A stretch of 64,000 nucleotides of DNA from Amphiscolops sp. MND2022 (Eukaryota), in NCBI GenBank assembly GCA_964187785.1, contig OZ076413.1, forward strand, positions 46,626,001-46,690,000, in the 5' to 3' direction. The notes under the pieces were generated by a model. It saw only the letters and a program-made list of their open reading frames with translations, made no database searches and was not told where the DNA came from. Below, piece by piece: positions 14,630 to 26,282 of this stretch (position 1 is the stretch's first letter; every line of letters begins with the position of its first letter). Position numbers and translations under genes: made by a program.

Positions 14630-15513
14630 GAGAAACGACCAAAGAGTCCTCTTAGAGTTTTCGGCACTGTGCGACGTACTAAAAAAATCACATTTTAAAA
14701 AATTTTTTTGAGGTTTTCTGATGAGGACAACGGAGTTTCATCAAGGGTGACCTCTTTGCTTATTGTTTCGTAATGTGGGACTGATAAGAGTTTTCTTTAT
14801 GATTGTGGAGAAAGGGTTTTTTGGTTCGATGAAACGTTTTAGGATTTTTCCCATTAGAGGTTCTGTAACGATACTCTCTGGTGTCGAAACACAGTGATAT
14901 TGCGATTGAAGGAATTTGATTAAAAATCTAAGTCAATGTTTGACGTGGCACTGAGCATGTGATTGCTCTTTTTTGCTGTTTCTACGAAAATGGCTTGTAC
15001 TTCGAAAACAAAGAGCAAGACCGAGCAAAAACGCAAGGGTAGCGGCCATCACAGACCCCAGAGACTGCAAAGACCTCAAAAAAATTATAAAGATGAGTCT
15101 TTTTGTCTAGTTTACGAATCTGTGCATGTGGTGTCCCAGCTTTCGAGATGAGTGTGGATATTGCAGTTTACGAAAAATATCGAAGTGCATTGCGCTTCTT
15201 CATGTTGATTTATTGAACTTTGAGTTTTCTTCTTGAGGGGAATAAATATCGTTTCCTTGTATACAACTGAGTCTTTTCTTTTTTTTTACAAAACTGGAAG
15301 AGACAAAAACGTCTTTCAGATGAGTTTTGTGGTTCTTGTTGCAAAGTTTTTAAACATTTTTGATTGTATTAACCGCGTGAGAAAGAAATTATCTTAAAAG
15401 GTGCCCGTTTTGATCCATTTGGTACTATGGGGCTTTTCCGAAGTTAGCTTTGCGTGCGTTAGCTTTTTTTGCGCCTGAGACCGAGTGCCGACTTGGACCG
15501 TTTCCGACTTGTT
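14630..15513 (+). mobile_element. Diverged family A-related Helentron-like copy (5' end not defined)
   Basis: TTTTCGGCACTGTGCGAC core near 14660 and a degenerate 3' end GTGCCGACTTGGACCGTTTCCGACTTGTT at about 15485-15513. Confidence 0.5.
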
Positions 15514-15552
15514 TCGAATGTCTGTAGAATAACAGCCCGTGTTGGCAGTCTG

Positions 15553-18403
15553 TTTTTAGTCGGCGGTTTTCGAAGAAAAACGCAGACTTATAGTAGTGAC
15601 TTTTCTTTTTTTTCTTTTTTTAAGACCAACGAACTGACAGATTTCATAAGCTTTATAAGCTGCGTCCACTTCTTGTTTTTACTGGACCAAAAACTTTAAA
15701 AACTTGACCAATTGGATAAACTTGATATTGAAAAAATCACGGAAACTATCATGTTCTGCGTGGACAAATTTGCACCTGAAAAAGAAACCACCAAATTTGA
15801 AAAATGCGATGAATGGATCACCAATAAAAAAATGAAATTACTAAGAGAAACAAATTATTTCGTGAATGGACTGTTTCATCAACTGATGACAATGAAGAAA
15901 AGTATAAAAATCAGAGAAACAAGGTTACTGCAATGATCAAGAAAGATAAACGAGAATGTAATATACAAAAATTGAGAAATAATCCAAACGCAAAGACACT
16001 GTACCGAAATCTGAAGAGCCATAAAAGAAAAGATCAAATCGCTGAGGTTACTCCAGATTTAAAAACTCTTAACGAATTTTTTACAACAATTGGATCGAAG
16101 TTAGCAGACGCAGTTCCTCCTTCTAATAAAGAATATTTTGTTCCCAAGTTCGAGAAAACTATGGTCCTAAATTATACAAACCAACATGAAATTTCAAAAA
16201 TTCTAGCAAAAATGAAAAATAAAAAAAGCAGCGGTCACGATGGCATCAGTAACGAAATCCTTAAATGTTGTTCGCCGGTAATTGAAAACTATCTGACAAA
16301 TTGCTTCAATAATTGCATTGAAAAACAGTTCTTCCCGAATAGTTTGAAAGTAGCCAAAGTTATACCCCTCTATAAAAAAGGTAATGCCAATGATCCAGGC
16401 AACTATCGACCCATCAGTTTACTAAGCTCTCTGAGCAAGGTGTTCGAAAAATTATTATATCATCGATGGTTAGTTTTTTCAATAAGAAGGGTCTATTCAC
16501 TACAAAACAATATGGTTTTAGATCAAGAAAATCCTGTGCACAAGCCATTACTAAAATTACTGATTGTATGCGTAGAGAATTGGACCAAAAATCTTCCGGT
16601 CAAGTATGTTTCATTGATTTACAAAAAGCATTTGACTCGTTGAATCATGAAATACTCTTGGAGAAGCTGAAGAACTATGGTTATAGAGGACCAATCCACA
16701 ACATATTAGCTGATTATCTATCTCAGAGGTTTCAATATGTGTCAATTAGAAAAACAAATAGTCCTTCGAGAGAAATTCGAACTGGAGTTCCGTAGGGTTC
16801 TATTCTGGGTCCCTTTCTTTTTCTTGTATATATAAATGATCTGCCAGATGTGTGCCAAAAAAGCGAAGTAGCAATTTTTGCTGATGATACGTCGATTGTT
16901 AAAGCTGGAAAAACTGATGACTGCAGTGTGCAAAATGAACTGGAAACACTTACGGATTGGTTCAATAACAACAAATTGTCGATAAACACATCTAAATGTG
17001 AAAGTATATCTTTTGGTCGTATGTATCAAAGACAATTAACTATCATGGAAAAAATGATTTCTCAAAAAAACTGCTGTAAATACTTGGGATTGTTCATTGA
17101 CCCAGTGTTAACTTTTCGGGACCATATTAACCATGTAGTGAAAAAACTCAATAAATTTTGTGGATTAATTTACAGAGTTAGAGACTTGTATCGAATAAAG
17201 GCTTTGCTATCGTTTTACAATTCATATGCGAAATCTGTAATTTCTTACGGTCTGATATTTTATGGAAGAGCGGCAAAAACAAACTTGCAAAATATTGAAA
17301 TGGCACAAAGAAGAATTATTAGAGCTATTTTCTTTTTTAAAATAGAGATAGCATCAGGGATATACTTCGTGACACTGAAGTTAATACCGTTTTTGAGTTA
17401 TTCATTGTGGATGTTTTTCGTGAAATATTTAGTCAACTACGCTCAGATGAAAAAACGAGTCTTATTGCAAAGTTAGGACAGTCAAAAAGCACTCCCAGAT
17501 ATGAAACTCGTCGATCAAAAAAAGCTTTTCTACCAGTATCTATGAACCCAACAAGAACCAAATACAAATCGGTGGAAAATGCATTAATCAAAGGCTATAA
17601 TTGGTTAATTGAAATGGATTTGATGCCGGCTGGTGTCGGAGAAATGACGCATTGTCAAATTACATCATATCTGAAGAACCTAACACGGTTGTATATAAAT
17701 GAAAGTAGAGATATCGTATCGCATTTTTTCCAATAGGAAGACGTCTTCAAATGTTCATCGGAACACAATTAACGAAAGCGATAAACTTGCCTATCTTGGT
17801 CCTTTACTTAAGGGCAGAAACTTGAAGAGCTGATTAGGCTCATTTTCTGTCCTTCTTGAACATTTTCATTTCTTAACGTTAAAATACTATTAATACTTTG
17901 ATTGTATAATTATGTTCAAGAAAATTCAACTTTCAACTTTCAACTTTCAACTTTCAACTTTCCACTATCTGCCACACGTGTAACTTCTACTGCCACTTAG
18001 CATAGAGGTTAATTAGGATAGTTTTTGATGTCTGCAAAGCAGAAGGACGTGGGTTCTAGTCCCGCCCATAACCAAAATTTTTTTGTGCAGGTTTTTTCAG
18101 CTTTGTGAGACTTTTCTTAGCAAATTTTTTAAATGTCTCCAAAGGGTCCCCCCTTCATTTTTTTTTCTATTTTGCAAAACAATGGATGTTCAAAAACTCC
18201 CAAAGGCCCCCCTTTTACATTTTTCGGCACCATTCGACTTACCGGAGACCAAAAAAAATTCGAAAAAAATTCAAAAAAATGGATTTTTTTTCAATTTTTT
18301 TCCTCAAGCGGGTACTGTAGAAGAGAATACTTGACACATTGAAGTATTTTTGCTATTTTTGAGCCTTAGATATGGCGCCGACTTGGGCCGTTCCCGGTTT
18401 GTT
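15553..18403 (+). mobile_element. Family A Helentron-like element split by a LINE insertion
   Basis: 5' subTIR AGTCGGCG at 15558. Sequence up to 15670 and from 17961 is collinear with the uninterrupted copy at 50400-50505 (reverse strand). 3' end GCGCCGACTTGGGCCGTTCCCGGTTTGTT at 18375-18403. Confidence 0.8.
15671..17960 (+). mobile_element. 5'-truncated CR1/L2-group non-LTR retrotransposon; reverse transcriptase pseudogene
   Basis: Motifs PGNYRPISLLSSLSKVFEK, DLQKAFDS, GVP*GSILGPFLFLVYINDLP, FADDT and KYLG, spread over frames with frameshifts and a TAG at 16793. The 3' UTR ends in (TTCAACT)5. Flanked by TCCACT on both sides. Confidence 0.92.
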
Positions 18404-18839
18404 TAGGTAAAGAAACGAATCTCTGTGCCATTCATTTTATGATTACTTTCTATATGGTTGTTCGGAATTCCCTGACTGGTTTTTAACACACTATTCGTTG
18501 AACTTTGTAAATTGAAAAATTGTTTACTCATTTTGAGATAACTCTTAAATTCATGAGCCAATTTATAAACAATTGAAGTTTCTGCAAAATTGCAAAAGTT
18601 GAAAACTTCTTCAGTTCACGTGGTCAGTGAATAAATACCAGTAAATGTGAAAAAAGGCGGAGAGTTGTAGATCTTTAGACATGTCTTTTTTGTACATGGA
18701 CAAAAGAATGAACGTGAAATACGGGTTGTCATACACGAAGGCGCCATTTTTGCGCCTGAAGGGAAATGAAAATTTGATTATTGATTTTTTTCATTAACCA
18801 AAATCTGATTCTAACTATAAAATTGGGATTGCAATTTAC

Positions 18840-19797
18840 AACAAGACGCCCGCGGACCAGCGGGATATTTTCCGCCACAAATCTCTTCGAAAAAGACTAC
18901 TGGACAACAAATTTGTTCCTTGTTGACTCCTTTCAACATTCCAATCTACGAAGTCTGTCGAAAATTTGACAAAAATTGCATAAAAAACTTTGAAAATTGG
19001 AAAATTTTGGGTTTTTTTGTCATTTTCGGTTTCAATTTGTTATATTTTTCATTTAGAAAACAGTCTTTATCTCTTCGGAAAAGCCTACTGGACAACGAAT
19101 TCCTGCCATTCCTGTCACGTTAAGCGTTTTCAACATTCTAATCCACGAAGTCTATCGAAAATTTGACAAAAATTTCATAAAAACGTTAAAAATCGAAAAA
19201 TTTTGGAATTTTTTAATCATTTTTTTTGGTAATTTTTCTTTCAAAAAACCGCATTTATCTCTTCAGAATACTATTGGACAACAAATTCGTGCCTTGTTGA
19301 ACGTTTTCAACATTCTAATCCACGATGTTTATCGAAAAAATGACAAAAATTGCATTAAAACGTTAAAAGTCGAAAAATTTTGGAATTTTTGTCATTTTTT
19401 TGGTAATTTTTCTTTTAAAAAACCGCATTTATCTCTTCAGAATACTATTGGACAACGAATTCGTGCCTTGTTGATTGTTTTCAACATTCTAATTGACGAT
19501 GTTTATCGAAACAATGGCAAAAAATGCATGAAAACGGTGAAAATTGGGAAAGTTTTGAATTTTTGTCATTTTCGGGGTCATTTTTGGGTCATTATGGGGT
19601 CATTTCCGTCATTCCCAAAAAAGTCCAAAAATCTTTACAAATACATATCGCATGGAACTAAATTTATGTCAGTTGAATTCTGTGAATGTACTTCTTCATA
19701 TTACGTAAACAATAATTCTTGGCAAATTTTGTAAAAAAAAAACCGTTTGATTTAAATATTTTCCTTTCCCATATGAAATATGGGCGGAAAATAAAAA
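18840..19797 (-). mobile_element. Non-autonomous Helentron/DINE-like element, family D
   Basis: Inverted subTIRs TATTTTCCGCC (18866-18876) / GGCGGAAAATA (19783-19793). 5' fold-back around CCCATAT...ATATGGG. 3' hairpin CCCGC-6nt-GCGGG, then CGTCTTGTT. Four internal ~175-190-bp tandem units start at 18881, 19069, 19257 and 19431. Confidence 0.75.
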
Positions 19798-20970
19798 TGC
19801 GACTAAAAAACTTACATCAGGAAATTTATTAAACTTTTTGACTAGCCGTTTAACTTTCATTAAAAATAGATCGCAATTATACTAGCAGAATATTGAAAAC
19901 ATCAGTTACAAGAGAATCTTTTACATCAGTTAACATCAGTAACGTCACTTACAAGCGAATCCCTTGAACATCAGTTTAAGAGAAACTTGAAGTGATGCAA
20001 AAGACACTGCAGTGACACTGTCGTATTCCCCCCACAATCGCATCGAAATTCTTGTGAAGTTGGACTTATGAAACATTTGAAGTATTTCCAAATGAACATT
20101 TCTTTGAAATTTTGTGAGCACATTTTTTGTAGCTTTGCGAAGATCTCGGAAAAAGCAGACTCGTCATGCACAGTGTTGCAAAAATTTTATGACTTTACCG
20201 GAAAATTACGAAAAAATGCCTTCTTCATAAAACTATACGAAACGAACTTCTTTCCACTAAGATAATAATGATGAAAAATTAATACTACTAGCTGCTAAAG
20301 TCACAAATTATCTACCGGAAAAAAGGTATTGATTTTTGTCTCATTCGCTCTTTTCTAGCTAAGAGGTCAATCGGATGAATGAACTAACCCACTCTGAAAA
20401 GAACTTGCTCCCTTCAAGACTTTTTTGACAAAGGAATTCCGCACGAAAAAAAATTGATTAACTAGATAAACAAATGCCTTCTGGGAATGTCTTATTCAGC
20501 CTGCGCTGAAATGGTTGAAAATCAATCGTACAATCTCTAAATCCTTTGGGCCGGACCTGAAAAAGGAAGACGAAACGCATGATTGCTCAGGTCCAGCATT
20601 CACACTTTTTCCGTTAGCCAAGGGTGAAGCAAATATGTACAATCAGGTCGACAAACAAAGTCATTGTTTGCAAAGAAGAAGTTTATCGGAATGAGGCAAA
20701 GAATCCATTATTTCCCAACCTACTTTATTGTGCAGTATGTAATCATGCAGGTTTAGTTAACTAAGATACTGTTGAAAAATCCTACAATATGTTTCCGGGT
20801 GTCCGGACACTTGCTAGATGGCACTTTGCTACTAGTAAATTCGTTTCCAAAGGAACCCTAGTTTGAATATCCATTCTTTTTACCGTTTTTGTTGATTGAC
20901 TATATTTTAAGCTTCAAATTTCGAGTGAGGGTTCAGCATTAAGTTTCCCAATTGTCCTGATATATATCGA

Positions 20971-21103
20971 TTCCACCTTCCAACCAACTTGATTGAATTA
21001 ATGTCAATTTTAGGATGAACTTTCCAAGTATTGCGATCGAGTTATCTGAAAAGTTCATCCTGAATTTGACGTTTACTCAATCAAGATGTTTAGGAAGTAG
21101 GAA
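20971..21103. repeat. Imperfect ~130-bp inverted repeat
   Basis: Arms 20971-21026 and 21047-21103 are reverse-complementary at roughly 80%; the centre is CGATCG. Confidence 0.85.
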
Positions 21104-21250
21104 AATATTTCAAATATTTCCCCAAGACTCGGAATTTTCCATGTTTTATATATAGCCAGCCTGTGTTCATGAAAGCATCATCTGGGATTTTATGGCATAT
21201 TTTACTATCCTTCAAAAAGTTGCCTTCGACACTCTTGGTCGAACTGAATC

Positions 21251-21354
21251 ATTTAATTGAATCACTTCGAAAACCGGAAACGAAGTCAAATTTTAATGCA
21301 TCGATGCATTAAAGTTCGACTTCTTTTCCTATTTTCGAAGTGATTTAATTAAAT
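21251..21354. repeat. 104-bp loopless palindrome
   Basis: 52-bp arms with 6 mismatches and no indels, centred on ATGCATCGATGCAT. Confidence 0.9.
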
Positions 21355-23029
21355 CAAAACAAATAATTCGAGCTGTCCGCAGCATCTTGCCATCTTGACT
21401 AAACTGTACAGTGTACTGAGTGAGCTTTCAATTGATAAGTTCAAACAGAAAAAAATGTATCAAGTCAACTGTTGAAGAAAAAATTAATAGGCAGAAGATA
21501 TTAAATATTTTTTCATAATTTTCAGCGGCCAAAAATCACGGTTCAAACTGAGTTTGCAGAACCCTAACGTCTCAAGGCGGTTTTAAGCAAGTATTGAGTT
21601 TTCTTCTCAGCTTTTCAAAGAAGCGAATGATACTTCAACTTCTACTTGACGCCGAACATGATTCACAATCGATGACACTTCATTATTTCACGGACCTGAT
21701 CGAGAAAGGCCCCTGAAGGGCATAAAAATGAAACAACTAAAAGCCACTGAAGTTGGCTTAAGCCATTCTTTTTCTGTTTTTTTTTTCAAAATTATCTCCA
21801 TCGTTCAATAGTTGGGACGAATTTGATGAATTGACCCTCCAGGGAATTTCTGAACGATGCTTTTTGAAAAAAGTATTCCTTTTTATGAGCGCCGTAGGAA
21901 ATTTTTCTCACTCGACGATGCAATTAGTACCTGATGGATATTGGCAAAATCATGGGTTGATAGAGTTCAAAAGATTTCTAAGTCAATATACCACAATATA
22001 ATTTGGTAAAGTGTTACAAAAGAGGCATAAAAGATCAGAAGTGTAAGGAACAATTCGTCTTAAAAAGACATTAATTGTATCAAAAAACACTCAAAGGTAT
22101 GTTTTTCAAATTCATACCGTTTCCTGAAGAACATTGTTGAAAATTGGATATGTCGAGAAACAAAAGGATGTTGCTAAATTTTATCAAAACAGGAAAAAAC
22201 ATCAAAGCATAAATTAGAAGATATGTCTAGACATATGCAAGACTACTGTAGATTAGTTGGTAAAAGGTCGACTCAGTGACAGCAAGAGTAAAAATTCCTA
22301 AAGCAGTTGCTGATTGTTACTCTAGTCGCTAGAAAGCCAATTGCCATATCGTCCGATAGTTAACGAGATCAAAAGAACGACGATTGTATTCAAATGAACT
22401 TAGATTGTTTTGGAAGCCACCCGAGTTAACAACTTCGATTGATATAAAATTCCAGCAGCGACTCAGAAAAAATTCTGCTCTTGCAATCGATTATCAGAAA
22501 AAAATGAACAGTTGTAATTGGACCGATGATACAATTATAACTGCTATTAATTGCCAAATAATTGCATTCCTTTCAAAAACTGCAGTTACAGCGATTTTAA
22601 TTAAAATTATGCTTGCATTTTGGAACCGTTTCCGACATTTTTGAATGCTTTTTCTTGAATATTGCATTGTCGGATCTTCCTGTTTCCATAATTTTGTTCT
22701 TGTATTTTGGTTTGACCTCTGGTCGTGGGTCCTGTCATGTGAGATTTTTCAGGTCTCACAAACGGAGTGCCTCCAAAATTTCAATATAAGGACTTCGGTT
22801 TTCAGTTTCTGCAAACTATGCCTGCAGTTTGGGACCGAGTCCGACATTTTCGGATGTGATTTCCGTTTTTTCTTAGACCTTGTTCCAGTGGTTCTTTCAG
22901 TAATTTTTATCTCATTCTAGAGGTTCTTTTTGTTGTTTTAGATCTTATTTTAATGTTTTCGATATTTTCGGGTGTCATTACTGTGGTTTTCTTCGTTTTC
23001 TATGTGATTCAATCAGATTTCATGCCTAC

Positions 23030-23250
23030 AATTATATAATTCCATGCGATTCTACGCATGGAACCATATGATTTCATACGATTTCATGCATGGAACTATA
23101 TGATTCCATACGATTCCATGAAAAGAACCATATGATTCCATGGGATTCCATGAATGGAACCATATGATTCCATGCGATTCCATGCATGGAAACGGCATGA
23201 AATTATCGTATGGAACCATATGGTTCCATGCATGGAATCGCATGGAAGAC
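23030..23250. repeat. TTCCATG/CATGGAA-rich degenerate minisatellite
   Basis: Repeated ATTCCATG, ATGGAACCATATG words in both orientations; probably the subterminal region of a decayed MITE. Confidence 0.7.
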
Positions 23251-23267
23251 TTCATTACGATACACAT

Positions 23268-24609
23268 CCCGGTAAAGTGGATTTCAGTCACGCAGTGTAA
23301 TCTGTTTATTCCGTAAAATGGTCATTCAGCGTAAGTCAGTCAAGACGGTCTATGCCTGGACGGTGTAGCTGTGTCAACGCGCGTAATGGATAATAGTGTA
23401 AACTAGTCAAGGCGCGTAGTTAGTGAAAAGTGGAAGTTAGTCCAAAAATACACTTTTTTCACCAAAAATCACTAACTTTCACTTATTGCAAGTATGGCGA
23501 TCTGCTATTTGCAAAAAGTGGAATGTGGTCAAACTTTGACTAACTTACACCATGTTTATATGCATTCAAAACGCAGTGTTCATTTTAATTCATTTTGAAA
23601 CCACCACATCGTAAAACAGTCAAAGTAAACAATGATTCACTATAATTAGTTATCATTACTACGCGGTACCATCCATAGTACGTATAAACTGCATTCAATG
23701 AAAGTTGCGCACGTGTACACGTGTATTCTTCCACGCATGTTACGTGCAAATAAAATACCATGTAGCTACTAATTAGTACTATTAAAACAATTGATTGATT
23801 TGTCACCGGGCTTTCTATTTGCAGCCCTCATCAAAAGTTGCCCAACTAATTTTAATTTTGGTCCCTGTCGTGAGCAACATCAGGAAAAGTTGTTACAAAT
23901 AGTCTATACGAAGTAGAAATATTTATCAAACCGAAAAATCCAAACAACCCCCCCCCCATTAAAGTCCCCCCAAACAAAAGAAAGTAGGTCACTATTCCGA
24001 GGCGAGCATCATCAACAAAATAACCTAACAAACCTGAAAATTTACCAAGCTGAAAACAAAAATCGGTTTTTACTGATAAAAATCATTTCAATAATTAATC
24101 ATGAAACAATGAACTGATTACAAATTCTTGCAGTGACAGTGAAAAAATACACATGTACGTATATTCTGAATGGGCGATGGATCGGTCATCAATTTATTGA
24201 ACTTGGTACGTTTGGTCCGAGCACTTCCATGAGCACTGTCAGTGTCTATTTACCAGTCATACGAATGTAATAAGATTGACTGATTGATACTGTGTATGCG
24301 AATCAAGCCGTGTAGTTGTGAGTCGGCCTGTGTAACTCACAAGAACAACCCGTAATTACCAGAACTATGTGTAATTATGAGATGCACAGTGTAGGTAGTC
24401 CAATTGCGTAGAAACGATGATTGGTGTAAACTAGTCAATTACTGTAATTTCCGATGGTGTAAACTGGTCAATTTACGAAGCTGTGTCAACTAGTGTAATG
24501 ACTTATCAATGCGTGTAATGTGTGACAAGTGTAAAACTTCCAATGAAAATATTCGCGCTCTGATTAGACAAAAATCGAACTAGCAGGATCCTGCTAGTTC
24601 GGTACCGGG
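23268..24609. mobile_element. Probable MITE with CCC...GGG termini and 2-bp TSD
   Basis: Short TIR CCCGGTA / TACCGGG with AT on both flanks. GTGTAAACTAGTCAA-type repeats in both halves. Perfect 26-bp palindrome at 24576-24601. Confidence 0.55.
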
Positions 24610-26282
24610 ATAGGTCTCGTAATGTTATGAATTTGGTGCTTCTACATACAAACCCGAACTATTAAATAGTCAAGTCTCAGAATTAATTGACTCTTAGTCA
24701 AAAACTTGTTCCTTGTCATTGACGGTGCTGTTTGAAGGATCTCGTTCCAAAAACGTTTCTTTGATTTGAGAAAAATTGAGCTCCCCAGTCAATTTTTGCC
24801 GAATACACTCGAAGAAAGGTATAAGATCACTAATTTCGTGTAAAAAAAAATTGAAATCGCTGTAACCCTTTGATATAATAACATCTTAATAAAGTTCTAC
24901 CCTGGTCGTTAAGTTAACCGTGAAAATATTTACATCAAGCATTTACAAAACCTCTTGATACGGAGATGAAAAAGACAGAAAAAATTGATCTTATAGCAAC
25001 CAAAGGAGACTTTTCAAAATCGTCATCTGTTGAATCTGATATATCATTAACCGTTTGAGTGAATGTCACTTTGAATGAGTTTCATCGCTCGCTTCTCTGC
25101 TTGATTCAACTTAGGACTTGTTTGAAGCAATTTGACATCCGTATTTTCGTAATACGTTGGTTTGCACAGTTTATGCAACGAGGAAGAAGACAGAAATGTG
25201 GGCTCAATCGTTGAGCTACATTACAGCACTAGATTTTATGACTGAGAAAGATCTGAGAGATCAATTGAATGGTTGCAAGAAAGCTATCATTCAGTCAATT
25301 ATTCGTGCCAATTTATTGCAATTACCTTTTTAACCAGTTTATTTTTCGGAATAGCTGAAAGCCAGTTAACAGAAAAATCATTCAGAATTCTTAACAAAGA
25401 ACATTTTTTGAAAGCTCAATACAGTAAATTTAAAGTTTTCAGGAAAAATCTCACTGGGAAAAACTAAAGATTCGAAAAAATGCACTTTCATTCAGGATTC
25501 ATAGTTTACTCATGCTGAAAACAATACCATGACCATGAAAGGGCATCAACGATCTGGAATAATTATGGATTCAACTTGAATTCAAGTTTACGCAATTAAT
25601 TCCATTAAATTATTTAATTTTGCTAGTTTGAAAAACATTCCAATTTTGACAACAAATGAAATCGCTACCAGAAACGTAAATTTTAGCACAGAATATTGAA
25701 CCTCAACTAAATCTTCAACGTTTAATTTTGGGAAACTATGTTGAAAATGATCTTAACTATGTTTGATTGAAAAAAAATATGAATTTTATTGAACAAAGTT
25801 TTCTCACAAAATTTTAAAGGTTTTTCAGATTTTCCGACATATTTTACATGAAAAAACTCAATAATGAAAGAATACTGGAAAGCATAATTTAATGAAGTAC
25901 TCGCTGATAACCTCCATAGTGAACAAAACGTAGCTCATCGATCATGGATGTTCATAGATGAATAATAGGTTCTCATAATGGACATGATCATAGATGATTA
26001 TCCAAGACTTAGAAAGTTATGAAATTTTCATGGATGATTATCCGGGTTGACCTCCATACAAACGCAAGCAGATCATAGAAAGTCATAAATGATGATGTCT
26101 AAAACTAATTTAGTTATAAAATGACCAACAAAAAATTAAAACCATGCAAAACAAACAAAGAGCACAGAATGGTCGATCTATAAAGAACTTGTTTCTCATG
26201 CTTTGATAATTGCATGGAACACACGTTTTCCATACTATGGTCCTATCATGAATTAAATGTATCCCATACATGACCAATTATG

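Noticed and set aside
18361..18403. Recurrent ~40-bp palindromic motif as a CRISPR repeat or terminator
   Set aside because: Copies are dispersed on both strands without regular spacers, in a eukaryotic context, and mark element 3' ends.
22600..22980. Possible gag or zinc-knuckle remnant on the minus strand
   Set aside because: No motif could be read consistently in any frame.
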